Positions 30,948-39,678 of a stretch of 64,000 nt of DNA are shown one piece after another. The notes under the pieces were generated by a model. That model worked only from the letters and a program-made list of their open reading frames with translations, did not search any database and was not told where the DNA came from. Position 1 is the stretch's first letter; every line of letters begins with the position of its first letter. The position numbers were made by a program, and so were the translations under genes. Origin of the DNA: Patescibacteria group bacterium (lineage in GTDB: Bacteria; Patescibacteriota; Minisyncoccia; Phycocordibacterales; Phycocordibacteraceae); assembly GCA_004322365.1 (NCBI GenBank), contig SCTS01000007.1:18266-82265 (forward strand), given 5' to 3'.

Positions 30948-31109
30948 AAAAGAAAACCCCTTCTTTCGAAGGGGTTTTGTATGTTTTTGTAATTTGTTCT
31001 TATGCGTTCACTACAAAACCCCTTCGCTTGGAAAAGCGCTTTGTAATCTTAATGATGGTCGTACCTCGTGCCATGTGTTTAAGAATATTCTAAAAATGAA
31101 CACTGTCAA
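30948..31109 (-). promoter_or_regulatory. Ile leader-peptide transcription attenuator upstream of ileS
   Basis: TTGACA-N16-TATTCT promoter; leader ORF 31074-31000 MARGTTIIKITKRFSKRRGFVVNA; terminator AAAACCCCTTC-GAAA-GAAGGGGTTTT-CTTTT; antiterminator CGAAGGGGTTTTGTA inside the leader ORF. Confidence 0.82.
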
Positions 31110-31315
31110 GCTGAAAATGGAATCTCTATGCCTGACTCTTTTAATCGAGCTTTTGCACCAGCTACTATTTTCCCCAAATTATTTTTAAGAACCTCAGATG
31201 AGCGATTTAAATTTATTCTTGCACCGGGATAACCGCGCCTCCCTAACCCATCTTCTCTTAACCCTTCGTTGTATGTCATACCAATACATACTACTGAGAC
31301 TATGAGCAGGTTTCA

Positions 31316-33016
31316 CTACATCGCCTCAGGGGCACGGATACCTAAAATAGTGAGGCCATTTTGCATCGTTAATGCAAAGACTCGCGTTAATGCGACCTTG
31401 TAAGGAGACAAGGTATCTGTAGAATCAACAATTTTCCCTGTTGCATACCAACTATTGAATGCGGAAGCCAGCTCTGTCAAAAATGTGGTTATGTGATGCG
31501 GTTCACGATCCACTTGTGCTCGCTCTACTATTTCAGGAAACCGATAGAGTGTTCGCTCTAGCTCGCTAACCTCAGGAATGAGTTCGCTGATTTGATATAT
31601 CAAATCACTTGCAAGCGCGGGTATTTTTTCTGCTCTCGCTTTTCGAAGGACTGCCCGCGCTCGCACATAGGAATATTGTAAATACGGACCTGAATCACCT
31701 TCAAATGAAAGCGAGGCCTCAGGATCGAAAATAATATTTTTTCCTGTCGACTGTTTCAAAATGGAATATTTAATTCCAGCAATAGCAACTGAATCAGCAA
31801 CATCTTGTTTTATTTCTTCAGACTCAAATACACGCCCCTCCATTTTTGCTAGTGCCTTAGCGCGCATGTCTTCTATCAATGACTCGCCCGTTATGATGTT
31901 GCCCTTTCTTGATGACATCTTTCCGCTCGTCAACTGCATCATGCCGAATGCCGTGTGCGTGTACTTCCCTGCCATATCAGGCCACAATTCTGCCATAGCA
32001 GCCTCCACCACTTTGAAATAACCATCCTGCTCCACTGCGATTGTCGTCACGTTGAGATCAAATGGGAACGATTGTTGTTTCATCTGGGCCAACCCCAACT
32101 CTTTTGCTTCATAGGTCGGCGTTCCTTTCGAAGTGACAAATACACGAGTGTGAAGCCCTACCTTTTCCCCCTTAAATACTGTGGCTCCGTCACTCTCTTC
32201 AAAAATTCCACGAGACTTTCCCTCTTCTACAATTTTGAGACCTACACGCCACGCATTACTTTCAAAGAAATATTCATCGAACTTCGTTCCAAGAACTCTA
32301 TACAAATCCTCAAAATGCGCGAGCGATGCTTTGCGACCTTTGTCATATATATCTTGAAGCGACGCATCGCCTTCGTAGAGTCTTTTGTTAATTGAATCAA
32401 TCTCAGCTTTCGAAGCGGGATCATCTTCATAGGCAGTATTTCCAATAACATATGCGTCACCGAGGTCCTGAATATTTGAGGGATTAAGGTTATTTTTCTG
32501 CAATCCCCAAATTCCTTTCGCCACATGCGGACCAATGTCTCCCTGATAGTTGGCTCGGTATATGTCAGCGCCCGACCATTCAACAAGACGAGAAATGGCT
32601 TCTCCAACGGTAGTCGACATTAAGTGCCCAATGTGGAATGGCTTAAAGGGATTTGGCTGTGAGTACTCAACAATTATCTTCTTTCCTTTCAGGGTTGCAT
32701 TACTACCCCACGACTCCCCGCTCTCAGTAATTGCTGAGATACTTTCAGAAAAGAACGAGCGTGTGAGATGAAAGTTAATGAATCCAGCCCCTGCTGTTTC
32801 TATTTTCTGAACTCCATCTATAGAACCAAGACTTTGCACAATCTCCTCGGCAAGCACACGGGGGTTCTTCCCAGCTTTTTTTGCAACAGCAAGCGCAATG
32901 TTCGTTGAATAATCCCCGTGAGATAAATCCCCTGGGTGCTCCAAAACAACCACACCTTCAAGACCGAGGGTCGTGAGTGCTCCCTGTATTGCTTCAATAA
33001 TTCGCTCAGAAATCAT
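31316..33016 (-). CDS. argS: arginine--tRNA ligase
   Basis: 'HGDYSTNIAL', 'EYSQPNPFKPFHIGH', 'KMSSRKG', 'GDSGPYLQYSYVR'. Start adjusted to ATG 33016. Confidence 0.97.
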   Translation of the reverse strand: MISERIIEAIQGALTTLGLEGVVVLEHPGDLSHGDYSTNIALAVAKKAGKNPRVLAEEIVQSLGSIDGVQKIETAGAGFINFHLTRSFFSESISAITESGESWGSNATLKGKKIIVEYSQPNPFKPFHIGHLMSTTVGEAISRLVEWSGADIYRANYQGDIGPHVAKGIWGLQKNNLNPSNIQDLGDAYVIGNTAYEDDPASKAEIDSINKRLYEGDASLQDIYDKGRKASLAHFEDLYRVLGTKFDEYFFESNAWRVGLKIVEEGKSRGIFEESDGATVFKGEKVGLHTRVFVTSKGTPTYEAKELGLAQMKQQSFPFDLNVTTIAVEQDGYFKVVEAAMAELWPDMAGKYTHTAFGMMQLTSGKMSSRKGNIITGESLIEDMRAKALAKMEGRVFESEEIKQDVADSVAIAGIKYSILKQSTGKNIIFDPEASLSFEGDSGPYLQYSYVRARAVLRKARAEKIPALASDLIYQISELIPEVSELERTLYRFPEIVERAQVDREPHHITTFLTELASAFNSWYATGKIVDSTDTLSPYKVALTRVFALTMQNGLTILGIRAPEAM

Positions 33017-33065
33017 ACTTTCGTCATCATACCTCGCCAAATACTGGTACAGAAAGACCCCATTC

Positions 33066-33311
33066 TCACCTCTGAAACCAATTAAGGACACACGATGGCC
33101 TATCGTGACTTACAACTCCGGCAATATTTATTTTTGACTGATCTGGCAATAGTGGTTCCCCACACCCCCTACATACGGGATACTGCTCGACACGAACGCC
33201 TGTTGATTTTTCTTCTGAGGACCCAATCATTCCTAGGAGCATACTCAAATTCAATTTGGTAAGTGGCCACTCTACAATGACAGGGAATTGTTCATGATTT
33301 TTTTCTTTCAT
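33066..33311 (-). CDS. small hypothetical protein with CxxC...H...C putative Zn site
   Basis: 'CRGCGEPL...HDRPSC'; lies between the attenuator and argS. Confidence 0.55.
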   Translation of the reverse strand: MKEKNHEQFPVIVEWPLTKLNLSMLLGMIGSSEEKSTGVRVEQYPVCRGCGEPLLPDQSKINIAGVVSHDRPSCVLNWFQR

Positions 33312-33349
33312 ATTTTTTTATTCTTGTACGCAATAAGTTTGGAGATGTT

Positions 33350-33502
33350 TTATCTCACATCGAATTTCTCAACAGTTTCTTTAACCATCTTCTGCAATTT
33401 TTCAATTACCCCTTCTTTACCTATTTCCCTAATAAGCTTAGCTATTTCAACAGCATAGAAGGTGATTTCAAGTGGAGGATTTTCTTTGTTTTGTTGTTCC
33501 AT
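33350..33502 (-). CDS. 50-aa hypothetical protein
   Basis: Manual translation MEQQNKENPPLEITFYAVEIAKLIREIGKEGVIEKLQKMVKETVEKFDVR; first ORF after the Arg attenuator. Confidence 0.5.
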   Translation of the reverse strand: MEQQNKENPPLEITFYAVEIAKLIREIGKEGVIEKLQKMVKETVEKFDVR

Positions 33503-33525
33503 AGTTTTAGATTGAATGTGTACAT

Positions 33526-33681
33526 AAGAAAAAACAGCCTCGTTTGAGACTGTTTGGGAAATTTCGTTATGTACAAAAACTCGCAGACAATCTCAAACAG
33601 AATGTCTACGGCGACGCACCTGAATTAATACAACGTGTGTATTCATAGAATTAATACTAACAATCATTTTAGTTAAGTCAA
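33526..33681 (-). promoter_or_regulatory. Arg leader-peptide transcription attenuator upstream of argS
   Basis: TTGACT-N16-TAGTAT promoter; leader ORF 33646-33593 MNTHVVLIQVRRRRHSV; terminator AAACAGTCTC-AAAC-GAGGCTGTTT-TTTC; antiterminator GTTTGAGATTGT overlapping the leader stop. Confidence 0.87.
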
Positions 33682-33694
33682 TAGCCGTAGATAC

Positions 33695-33738
33695 CCCCCA
33701 CACATCCCTAATTCGCACGAATTAGGGATGTGTGGGGG
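33695..33738. repeat. 21-bp-arm perfect inverted repeat
   Basis: CCCCCACACATCCCTAATTCG-CA-CGAATTAGGGATGTGTGGGGG; no U-tract on either side. Confidence 0.85.
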
Positions 33739-33748
33739 CGAGAAAAAA

Positions 33749-34123
33749 TTAAAGGATTTTTAAGAGAGCAAACTTTTCATTGTTGAATGTTCCGAAGCCA
33801 TGTTTATCAAACAAAGCAGGTACACCAGTAACACTCAAAAGTTCATAAATATCTTTTTTCTTCGCGAAGGTTATGCATGCATCAATCAATGCCGTTGCAA
33901 TACCTCTGTGCTGAAAATCTTTAGAAACCGCAAGACTTCTAATTTCACCAAGACGCTTTGAATAAATCACCAGTGCGCAACACCCAACTATCTTCCCGTC
34001 CTCTATGGCAACAAAAAATTCGCTCGCTTTCGGCAAATGCTTTTGCAAAAGTGTATCGGGATATTCTTTGATGAGTTTCTTGATGCCAAGAAAATCCTTG
34101 AGCGATGCCCTTCTTATTTTCAC
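33749..34123 (-). CDS. GNAT N-acetyltransferase (short ArgA-like)
   Basis: 'FFVAIEDGKIVGCCAL...GEIRSLAV..FQHRGIATAL'. Confidence 0.88.
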   Translation of the reverse strand: MKIRRASLKDFLGIKKLIKEYPDTLLQKHLPKASEFFVAIEDGKIVGCCALVIYSKRLGEIRSLAVSKDFQHRGIATALIDACITFAKKKDIYELLSVTGVPALFDKHGFGTFNNEKFALLKIL

Positions 34124-34137
34124 GATAGTACCAACGC

Positions 34138-35397
34138 TTACACAAAGGACTCAGGAATTGGGAACTGCCCCGCAAGCTCTTTGACTTCTTCATGCACCGC
34201 ACGCTTTGTATCCGCATTATCTTTATTTTTCAGTGTTTGAATCATAAGCTCAGCAACGCGCGCGCACTCCACCTCTTTAAATCCACGAGTCGTTATTGCG
34301 GGAGAACCAAAGCGTATACCAGATGGATCGAGAGGTTTCCGTGTATCCCCTGCAATCGAGTTCATGTTGAGTGTAATACCAACTTCATCCAAGACCGTCT
34401 GTGATTCTTTTCCTGTCACCCCTAAAGAGCCGAATACATCCGCAAGAATCAAATGGTTGTCCGTGCCCCCTCCAATCATACGCACCCCCTCTCGTCGAAG
34501 CACATGCTCCATTGCTTTAGCATTTTTCAAAATTTGTTGCGCATACTCTTGAAACGCAGGGGTTGATGCTTCGCCAAACGCAACTGCCTTCGCGGCGATA
34601 GTGTGCATGTGAGGCCCTCCTTGAATGCCTGGGAAAATTGCTTTATCTATCTTGGTTGCGATTTCCTCGTTTTCACGCGTGAGAATAATGCCACCACGAG
34701 GCCCTCGAAGTGTCTTGTGTGTCGTTGAAGTAATGATGTCGAAGCCGTCATCGAAAGGATTCCTCAGTGCCTTGCCAGCAATAAGGCCGGCAATGTGTGC
34801 CATGTCTGCCATCGTTATTGCCCCCACTTCATGCGCAATATCAACAAACTTTTTGTAGTCGAGTGTGCGTGAATATGCACTGAAGCCTGCAAGAATAATT
34901 TTAGGTTTCGTTTCAATTGCAACTCGGCGGAGTTCGTCATAATCTATCTCCCCTGTCTCAGGGTCTTTCATTTTGTAGGTAACGAACTTGTAGACTTTCG
35001 CAGGGAGTGTCATTGGGTGTCCGTGCGTAAGGTGCCCGCCGTGTGACAAATCCATACCAAGAACTGTGTCACCAGGATTCAAAAGCGCTGCGTACACCGC
35101 TAAGTTTGCAGGTGCTCCCGAGTGAGGCTGTACATTCGCAAATTTACAATTAAAAAGAGCCTTCACACGCTCAATAGCAAGACGCTCCACAATATCCGTA
35201 TACATCTGTCCGCCGTAGTAACGCTTACCTGGATACCCTTCTGAATATTTGTTTGTAAATACTGAGCCATTCGCTTCAAGAACCGCACGGGATACATAAT
35301 TTTCAGAAGGAATAAGCTCTAAGCCCTCTTCCTCTCGCTTTTGCTCGCCTGCAATCGCTGCCGCTACTTCTACATCCTGTTTTTCTATGTATGCCAT
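34138..35397 (-). CDS. glyA: serine hydroxymethyltransferase
   Basis: 'LIPSENY', 'KYSEGYPGKRYYGG', 'TTHKTLRGPRGG'. Confidence 0.99.
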   Translation of the reverse strand: MAYIEKQDVEVAAAIAGEQKREEEGLELIPSENYVSRAVLEANGSVFTNKYSEGYPGKRYYGGQMYTDIVERLAIERVKALFNCKFANVQPHSGAPANLAVYAALLNPGDTVLGMDLSHGGHLTHGHPMTLPAKVYKFVTYKMKDPETGEIDYDELRRVAIETKPKIILAGFSAYSRTLDYKKFVDIAHEVGAITMADMAHIAGLIAGKALRNPFDDGFDIITSTTHKTLRGPRGGIILTRENEEIATKIDKAIFPGIQGGPHMHTIAAKAVAFGEASTPAFQEYAQQILKNAKAMEHVLRREGVRMIGGGTDNHLILADVFGSLGVTGKESQTVLDEVGITLNMNSIAGDTRKPLDPSGIRFGSPAITTRGFKEVECARVAELMIQTLKNKDNADTKRAVHEEVKELAGQFPIPESFV

Positions 35398-35401
35398 TGT
35401 G

Positions 35402-36106
35402 TTATTTCTTACCCTTAATAACTTTTAAAACAGTGCCATAAATTTGCTCGTGTATCTCTTCTCTCGGAAGAATACCATTTTTGTTTCCGCACTCAATCTT
35501 CTTCCAATTTCCTTTTTGGCTAATAAGTTTTAAGGCGCTTTTCTGTGCTGCCTCAAGATACTTCGCATCCCCTTCTACAATATCCTTTCCTCTATGGGCA
35601 TAGCGTTTTTTATCCTCCCGATCCTTATTCTTCAAAAGCTTCAATACCTCTTTCATGGGGAGATGGAGGTACACAATCAAATCAGGTCGCGGGAGCCCAA
35701 ATACTCCATGCTCCATGGTGTCGAGCCACTTTAAAAATGCGCGACGCTTCTTCGCATCATTTATTTTTCCTCCCTGATGGAGCTGATTCGCCGACACATA
35801 ACGATCAAGAACAACTGTTTTCCCTTCTTTTAGCCAATCATCCAATTTTTCTTTGGATTCAAAACGGTCAGCTGCATACATAACTGAGGCGATGTAGGGG
35901 TCAATATGCAAAAAATCGCCATACTCCCCCGTGAGCATGGCACCTATGAAGTGACCGAAGAAATTCTTGTAGTACTGCGGAAAATCGAGCGTTTCAACCT
36001 TCACTCCTTCTCGTTTTAAGCGTGCAACCAAGAGCTTTGTTTGGGTTGCTTTACCTACCCCATCGGTACCATCTATTACTATGAGTCTTCCCTTTTTACT
36101 CCTCAT
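35402..36106 (-). CDS. tmk: thymidylate kinase
   Basis: 'IDGTDGVGKATQ' P-loop, 'LDRYVSAN'. Start adjusted to ATG 36106. Confidence 0.92.
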   Translation of the reverse strand: MRSKKGRLIVIDGTDGVGKATQTKLLVARLKREGVKVETLDFPQYYKNFFGHFIGAMLTGEYGDFLHIDPYIASVMYAADRFESKEKLDDWLKEGKTVVLDRYVSANQLHQGGKINDAKKRRAFLKWLDTMEHGVFGLPRPDLIVYLHLPMKEVLKLLKNKDREDKKRYAHRGKDIVEGDAKYLEAAQKSALKLISQKGNWKKIECGNKNGILPREEIHEQIYGTVLKVIKGKK

Positions 36107-36176
36107 TATCCCCAGTATATCGCGAGCTTTCATTTTTCCCCTAAACGCTATACGCTATAGGCTATACGCTCTCTAT

Positions 36177-37004
36177 ATGAAGCAATACAACAACCTCCTC
36201 AAGAAAGTTTTAGAAGAAGGCGCAGACCGTGAGACACGAAACGGAAAAACCCGTGCACTCTTTGGACTCCAAATGCGCTTCAACATGGCAGACGGATTTC
36301 CTGCCGTCACCACAAAAAAATTAGCATTCAAAGCAGTGAAGAGTGAACTTTTGTGGTTCATTGAAGGCTCAAACGACGACAACCGTTTGAAAGAATTAAA
36401 TAGTAGTGAGCGCACCATCTGGACCGACAATGCTGAAGCTCCGTACTGGGCACCAAAAGCAAAATTTCCTGGCGATTTAGGTCGCGTCTATGGAGTGCAG
36501 TGGAGAAAATGGCAAGGACCAAACGGTAAGGTCGTCGACCAACTTGCAGAAGTCATCGAGAAAATAAAAACGGATCCAACTAACCGCAGACTCATCGTCT
36601 CTGCATGGAATCCAGGGGAGCTCGATCAAATGGCATTACCTCCGTGCCACATGTTCTTCCAGTTTTTCGTGGCGGATGGAAAACTTTCGCTTCTCATGCA
36701 TCAACGCTCATGCGACATGTTTCTTGGCGTGCCATTCAACATCGCCTCGTACTCCTTACTCCTCGCAATGGTGGCGCAAGTAACAAACCTCGTTCCTCAC
36801 GAATTCGTACACTCACTTGGCGATGCGCACATCTATCACGATCACTTGGATGCAGTGAAAGAACAACTTTCGCGTGAGCCATTAGCTCTCTGCTCTTTGA
36901 AATTGAATCCATCTGTGAAAAATATTAACGACTTCAAAATGGAAGATATAGAGCTCGAAAATTACCAGTCCCACCCACCAATAAAAGCGAAGATGGCTGT
37001 GTAA
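36177..37004 (+). CDS. thyA: thymidylate synthase
   Basis: 'ELLWFI', 'LGRVYGVQWR', 'MALPPCH', 'QRSCDMFLGVPFN'. Start adjusted to ATG 36177. Confidence 0.98.
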   Translation: MKQYNNLLKKVLEEGADRETRNGKTRALFGLQMRFNMADGFPAVTTKKLAFKAVKSELLWFIEGSNDDNRLKELNSSERTIWTDNAEAPYWAPKAKFPGDLGRVYGVQWRKWQGPNGKVVDQLAEVIEKIKTDPTNRRLIVSAWNPGELDQMALPPCHMFFQFFVADGKLSLLMHQRSCDMFLGVPFNIASYSLLLAMVAQVTNLVPHEFVHSLGDAHIYHDHLDAVKEQLSREPLALCSLKLNPSVKNINDFKMEDIELENYQSHPPIKAKMAV

Positions 37005-37053
37005 TGTTGCTGGTTTTCTCTAAACGCTATACTCTAAACACTAACCACTACTT

Positions 37054-37749
37054 ATGGCTTTATCTGACAAAAAAATCCTCGAGCACATGAAGGCAGGTAC
37101 TGTGGTTATTGAACCGTTTCAGCGTGAAAACCTCGCAACATCAAGCTACGACGTAACTTTGGGCGAATGGTACTTCAAAGAACAACCACCTCAAGGCCAC
37201 AAGAAAATCTACAATGTATACAGCAAGTCAGACACAGAAGTTGTCTGGGACACTAAGCCTCGCCGAGCAAAAACAGCCAAGGAGGAGCTTAAAAACTTCA
37301 ACTTTTCTTTTGACGGCATCCGCCCTGACGACAAGGTTATTTTGATGGAACCGGGCGAAACTATTCTTGCGCACACACAGGAGTTCATTGGCGGTAGAGA
37401 GTCCGTGACAACCATGATGAAGGCCCGCTCTTCAATGGGCAGAAATTTCATCAATGTCTGTAAATGTGCAGGTTGGGGAGATGTAGGGTACACCAACCGC
37501 TGGGTTATGGAAATTTCAAACGCCTCTCAGCACTACATAATCCCCCTCGTTGTTGGGCGTAGAATTGCGCAATTAGTATTTTTTGAAACTGGCCCTATTC
37601 TTGCAGGTGACTATACAAAAACTGGTAAATACCAAACGACCACCGATGTCGCGAAACTAAAGAAGACATGGAAACCGGAAACGATGTTGCCAAAACTTTG
37701 GGCTGATAGGGACATCAAAAAGCACCACCCATGGCACAAGCAAAAATAA
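37054..37749 (+). CDS. dcd: dCTP deaminase family protein
   Basis: 'LSDKKI', 'SSYDVTLG', 'ARSSMGR', 'AGWGDVGY', 'RIAQLVF'. Confidence 0.9.
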   Translation: MALSDKKILEHMKAGTVVIEPFQRENLATSSYDVTLGEWYFKEQPPQGHKKIYNVYSKSDTEVVWDTKPRRAKTAKEELKNFNFSFDGIRPDDKVILMEPGETILAHTQEFIGGRESVTTMMKARSSMGRNFINVCKCAGWGDVGYTNRWVMEISNASQHYIIPLVVGRRIAQLVFFETGPILAGDYTKTGKYQTTTDVAKLKKTWKPETMLPKLWADRDIKKHHPWHKQK

Positions 37750-38216
37750 TTGCTATCGCTGCAATCGGCAGGAATCGAGGTTTGGGTAAGGACAATAATC
37801 TTATCTATAAGATTCCTGAGGATATGAAACACTTCCGTGATGCCACGATGGGGCATCCCATAGTCACTGGGCGCAAAAACTTTGAATCGATGGGCCGTGC
37901 CTTACCGGGGCGTCCCACCATTGTTGTAACGAGGGACACTACATATATGTCAGAGGGAGTTATCGTAGTGCACGCAATCGAAGATGCGCTAGCGAAAGCG
38001 CGCGAGTTAGACACTGAAAAAATCTTTATCATTGGTGGCGGTGAAATATATAAAGCGGCACTCCCCTATACAGACCAGCTTGACCTCACATTGATTGACG
38101 ACGAAAAAGAGGCTGACGTGTTTTTCCCTGAATACTCAGAATTTACTAAAGTGATTTCGGAAGAAAAAAAAGAGCACGAAGGAACTTCGTACTCTTTTGT
38201 CACTCTCACGCGCTGA
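37731..38216 (+). CDS. folA: dihydrofolate reductase
   Basis: 'NRGLGKDN.L...IPEDMKHF', 'GRKNFES.GRALPGR', 'IIGGGEIY', 'DVFFP'. Confidence 0.96.
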   Translation: MAQAKIIAIAAIGRNRGLGKDNNLIYKIPEDMKHFRDATMGHPIVTGRKNFESMGRALPGRPTIVVTRDTTYMSEGVIVVHAIEDALAKARELDTEKIFIIGGGEIYKAALPYTDQLDLTLIDDEKEADVFFPEYSEFTKVISEEKKEHEGTSYSFVTLTR

Positions 38217-38228
38217 ACAACCTAAATT

Positions 38229-38438
38229 TTAGGACACCGGCGTATAGGTTAATTTCTTACACTTTCGATGTCTACAAACATTGGTGATTGCATGCCCCCC
38301 TCCTTCAACGTCAACTGTCGCAGTGGCCTTCCAATAATGATTTCCACCATCTGCACACTGCCCACGATATTCAGTCAACCCAACATCTACCTGCTCCAAA
38401 GGAACCATTTTCCTAAGTATGCGTACTTCTTTATTCAT
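38229..38438 (-). CDS. small Cys/His hypothetical protein
   Basis: 'CADGGNHYW...CRHRKC'; TTGACT-N17-TATTCT promoter ending 5 nt before the ATG. Confidence 0.6.
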   Translation of the reverse strand: MNKEVRILRKMVPLEQVDVGLTEYRGQCADGGNHYWKATATVDVEGGGHAITNVCRHRKCKKLTYTPVS

Positions 38439-38509
38439 CTTTTAAGAATACAACACAAAAATATACAAGTCAATGCCCTGGGAAATTCACTGTATTTAGC
38501 AGAGCGAAC

Positions 38510-38707
38510 CTAATCGTTATAGTCACCGAGCTCGTTACAGTGTATACATTGCTTCCTTGCCTTAAGACTCAATGCAGGATTCGCACCAAAATACCTCCAC
38601 TCGTGTTTACCATTCTCTGACCGTTTACTTGAACACTTTGATTCAGATTCTTTACCTCGACCCCTTCGAACACCTACCCCCGAGGCCTCATGTGCTGATA
38701 GATTCAT
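38510..38707 (-). CDS. small Cys/His hypothetical protein
   Basis: 'C...GKHEW...CIHC'. Start adjusted to ATG 38707. Confidence 0.5.
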   Translation of the reverse strand: MNLSAHEASGVGVRRGRGKESESKCSSKRSENGKHEWRYFGANPALSLKARKQCIHCNELGDYND

Positions 38708-38790
38708 ATACATTAGTAGTAAATAATAAAGTCTACTAATTACTCTAATAACTACCCTATATACATAAGTACTCCTCAAAAGATGGCTCG

Positions 38791-39531
38791 TCAACTCTTT
38801 CTCTTTTCACCTTTCTGCCACCCTACATTTTTCAAAAAAGGCTCAAAAAGGTCTTCCTCTATAGCCGAGGAGAAAGAATCAGTACTTACATGCTCCTTGT
38901 TACCAATGAAAGGCGCATTCCGAATACGCACAATTGGTGTCTGCTCATTCGCCTCCCCCATCACAAATGACGCGGCGGCTGCTAACGAGTCTGGAATATT
39001 TGTTTGGCTTCCTCCTGATGGAGTGCCTAAAATATCAATACGATTTTTATTACTGAAGAGTGGTTCAAACCCCGCCCATGCGAGTGCGATACCCACGACA
39101 CCTTTTCGAAGAAATACACTCCGCGAGTCCGTCATGATGAGATACAAATTTTTGATCTTGTATGTTTCTTTAAACCAAGCCAAAAGTTCTTCGGCAGATT
39201 TTTGTGGATTTTCAGGCCATAGGACATAAAACTTTCCTAGTGGGTCAATACCAGCCGAGGGAATAAGAATCCCATTCGTGATGGTGTGCACTACGGCACC
39301 GTCTCGCATATCTTCTCGAGGGATGTACCAATCGGCTTCTTGCTTCACCAATTCATCTTTCTTCGTAAAGTCACGCTCTACACACCTGCCTTCAGATATA
39401 GAAACAACCTTGGATGAAATTGCCACAACATCGCCCTCTTCGAGCGTAAGTGTCGAAGCTTTTATTTTTGAAAATAAATCATCCTTTGGCGGATGGAGAA
39501 TATCAATAGAAAATGCGGTGACGTCCATCAC
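38791..39531 (-). CDS. CofE-like gamma-glutamyl ligase (putative folate polyglutamylase), copy 1
   Basis: 'DVVAISSKVVSISEGR', 'PSAGID', 'MTDSR', 'DSLAAAASFVMGEANEQTP'. Confidence 0.88.
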   Translation of the reverse strand: MMDVTAFSIDILHPPKDDLFSKIKASTLTLEEGDVVAISSKVVSISEGRCVERDFTKKDELVKQEADWYIPREDMRDGAVVHTITNGILIPSAGIDPLGKFYVLWPENPQKSAEELLAWFKETYKIKNLYLIMTDSRSVFLRKGVVGIALAWAGFEPLFSNKNRIDILGTPSGGSQTNIPDSLAAAASFVMGEANEQTPIVRIRNAPFIGNKEHVSTDSFSSAIEEDLFEPFLKNVGWQKGEKRKS

Positions 39532-39574
39532 CGCATTGTGCCCTGAAAAGTTCGAACCGAAAAGCTAAATACCG

Positions 39575-39678
39575 CTTCACATCAACTCACACATACTTTT
39601 CTGCTGAAAAGTTGCGCGAGCCCGCCTCGACGCCTTCGCGCCTCCGGCTGATCGACGTTGCACTACTTCACGTCGATC
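39575..39678 (-). repeat. target-mirroring element at the rplK 3' end
   Basis: Antisense copy of the rplK end (39650-39658 vs 39670-39678), scaffold AGCCGGAG...CGAGGCGGGCTCGCG...TGTGTGA, then a degenerate direct copy (39575-39585). Confidence 0.55.

Noticed and set aside
30940-33690. T-box riboswitches before ileS and argS
   Set aside because: No AGGGTGGNACCGCG T-box motif or specifier stem; leader-peptide attenuators explain the structure.
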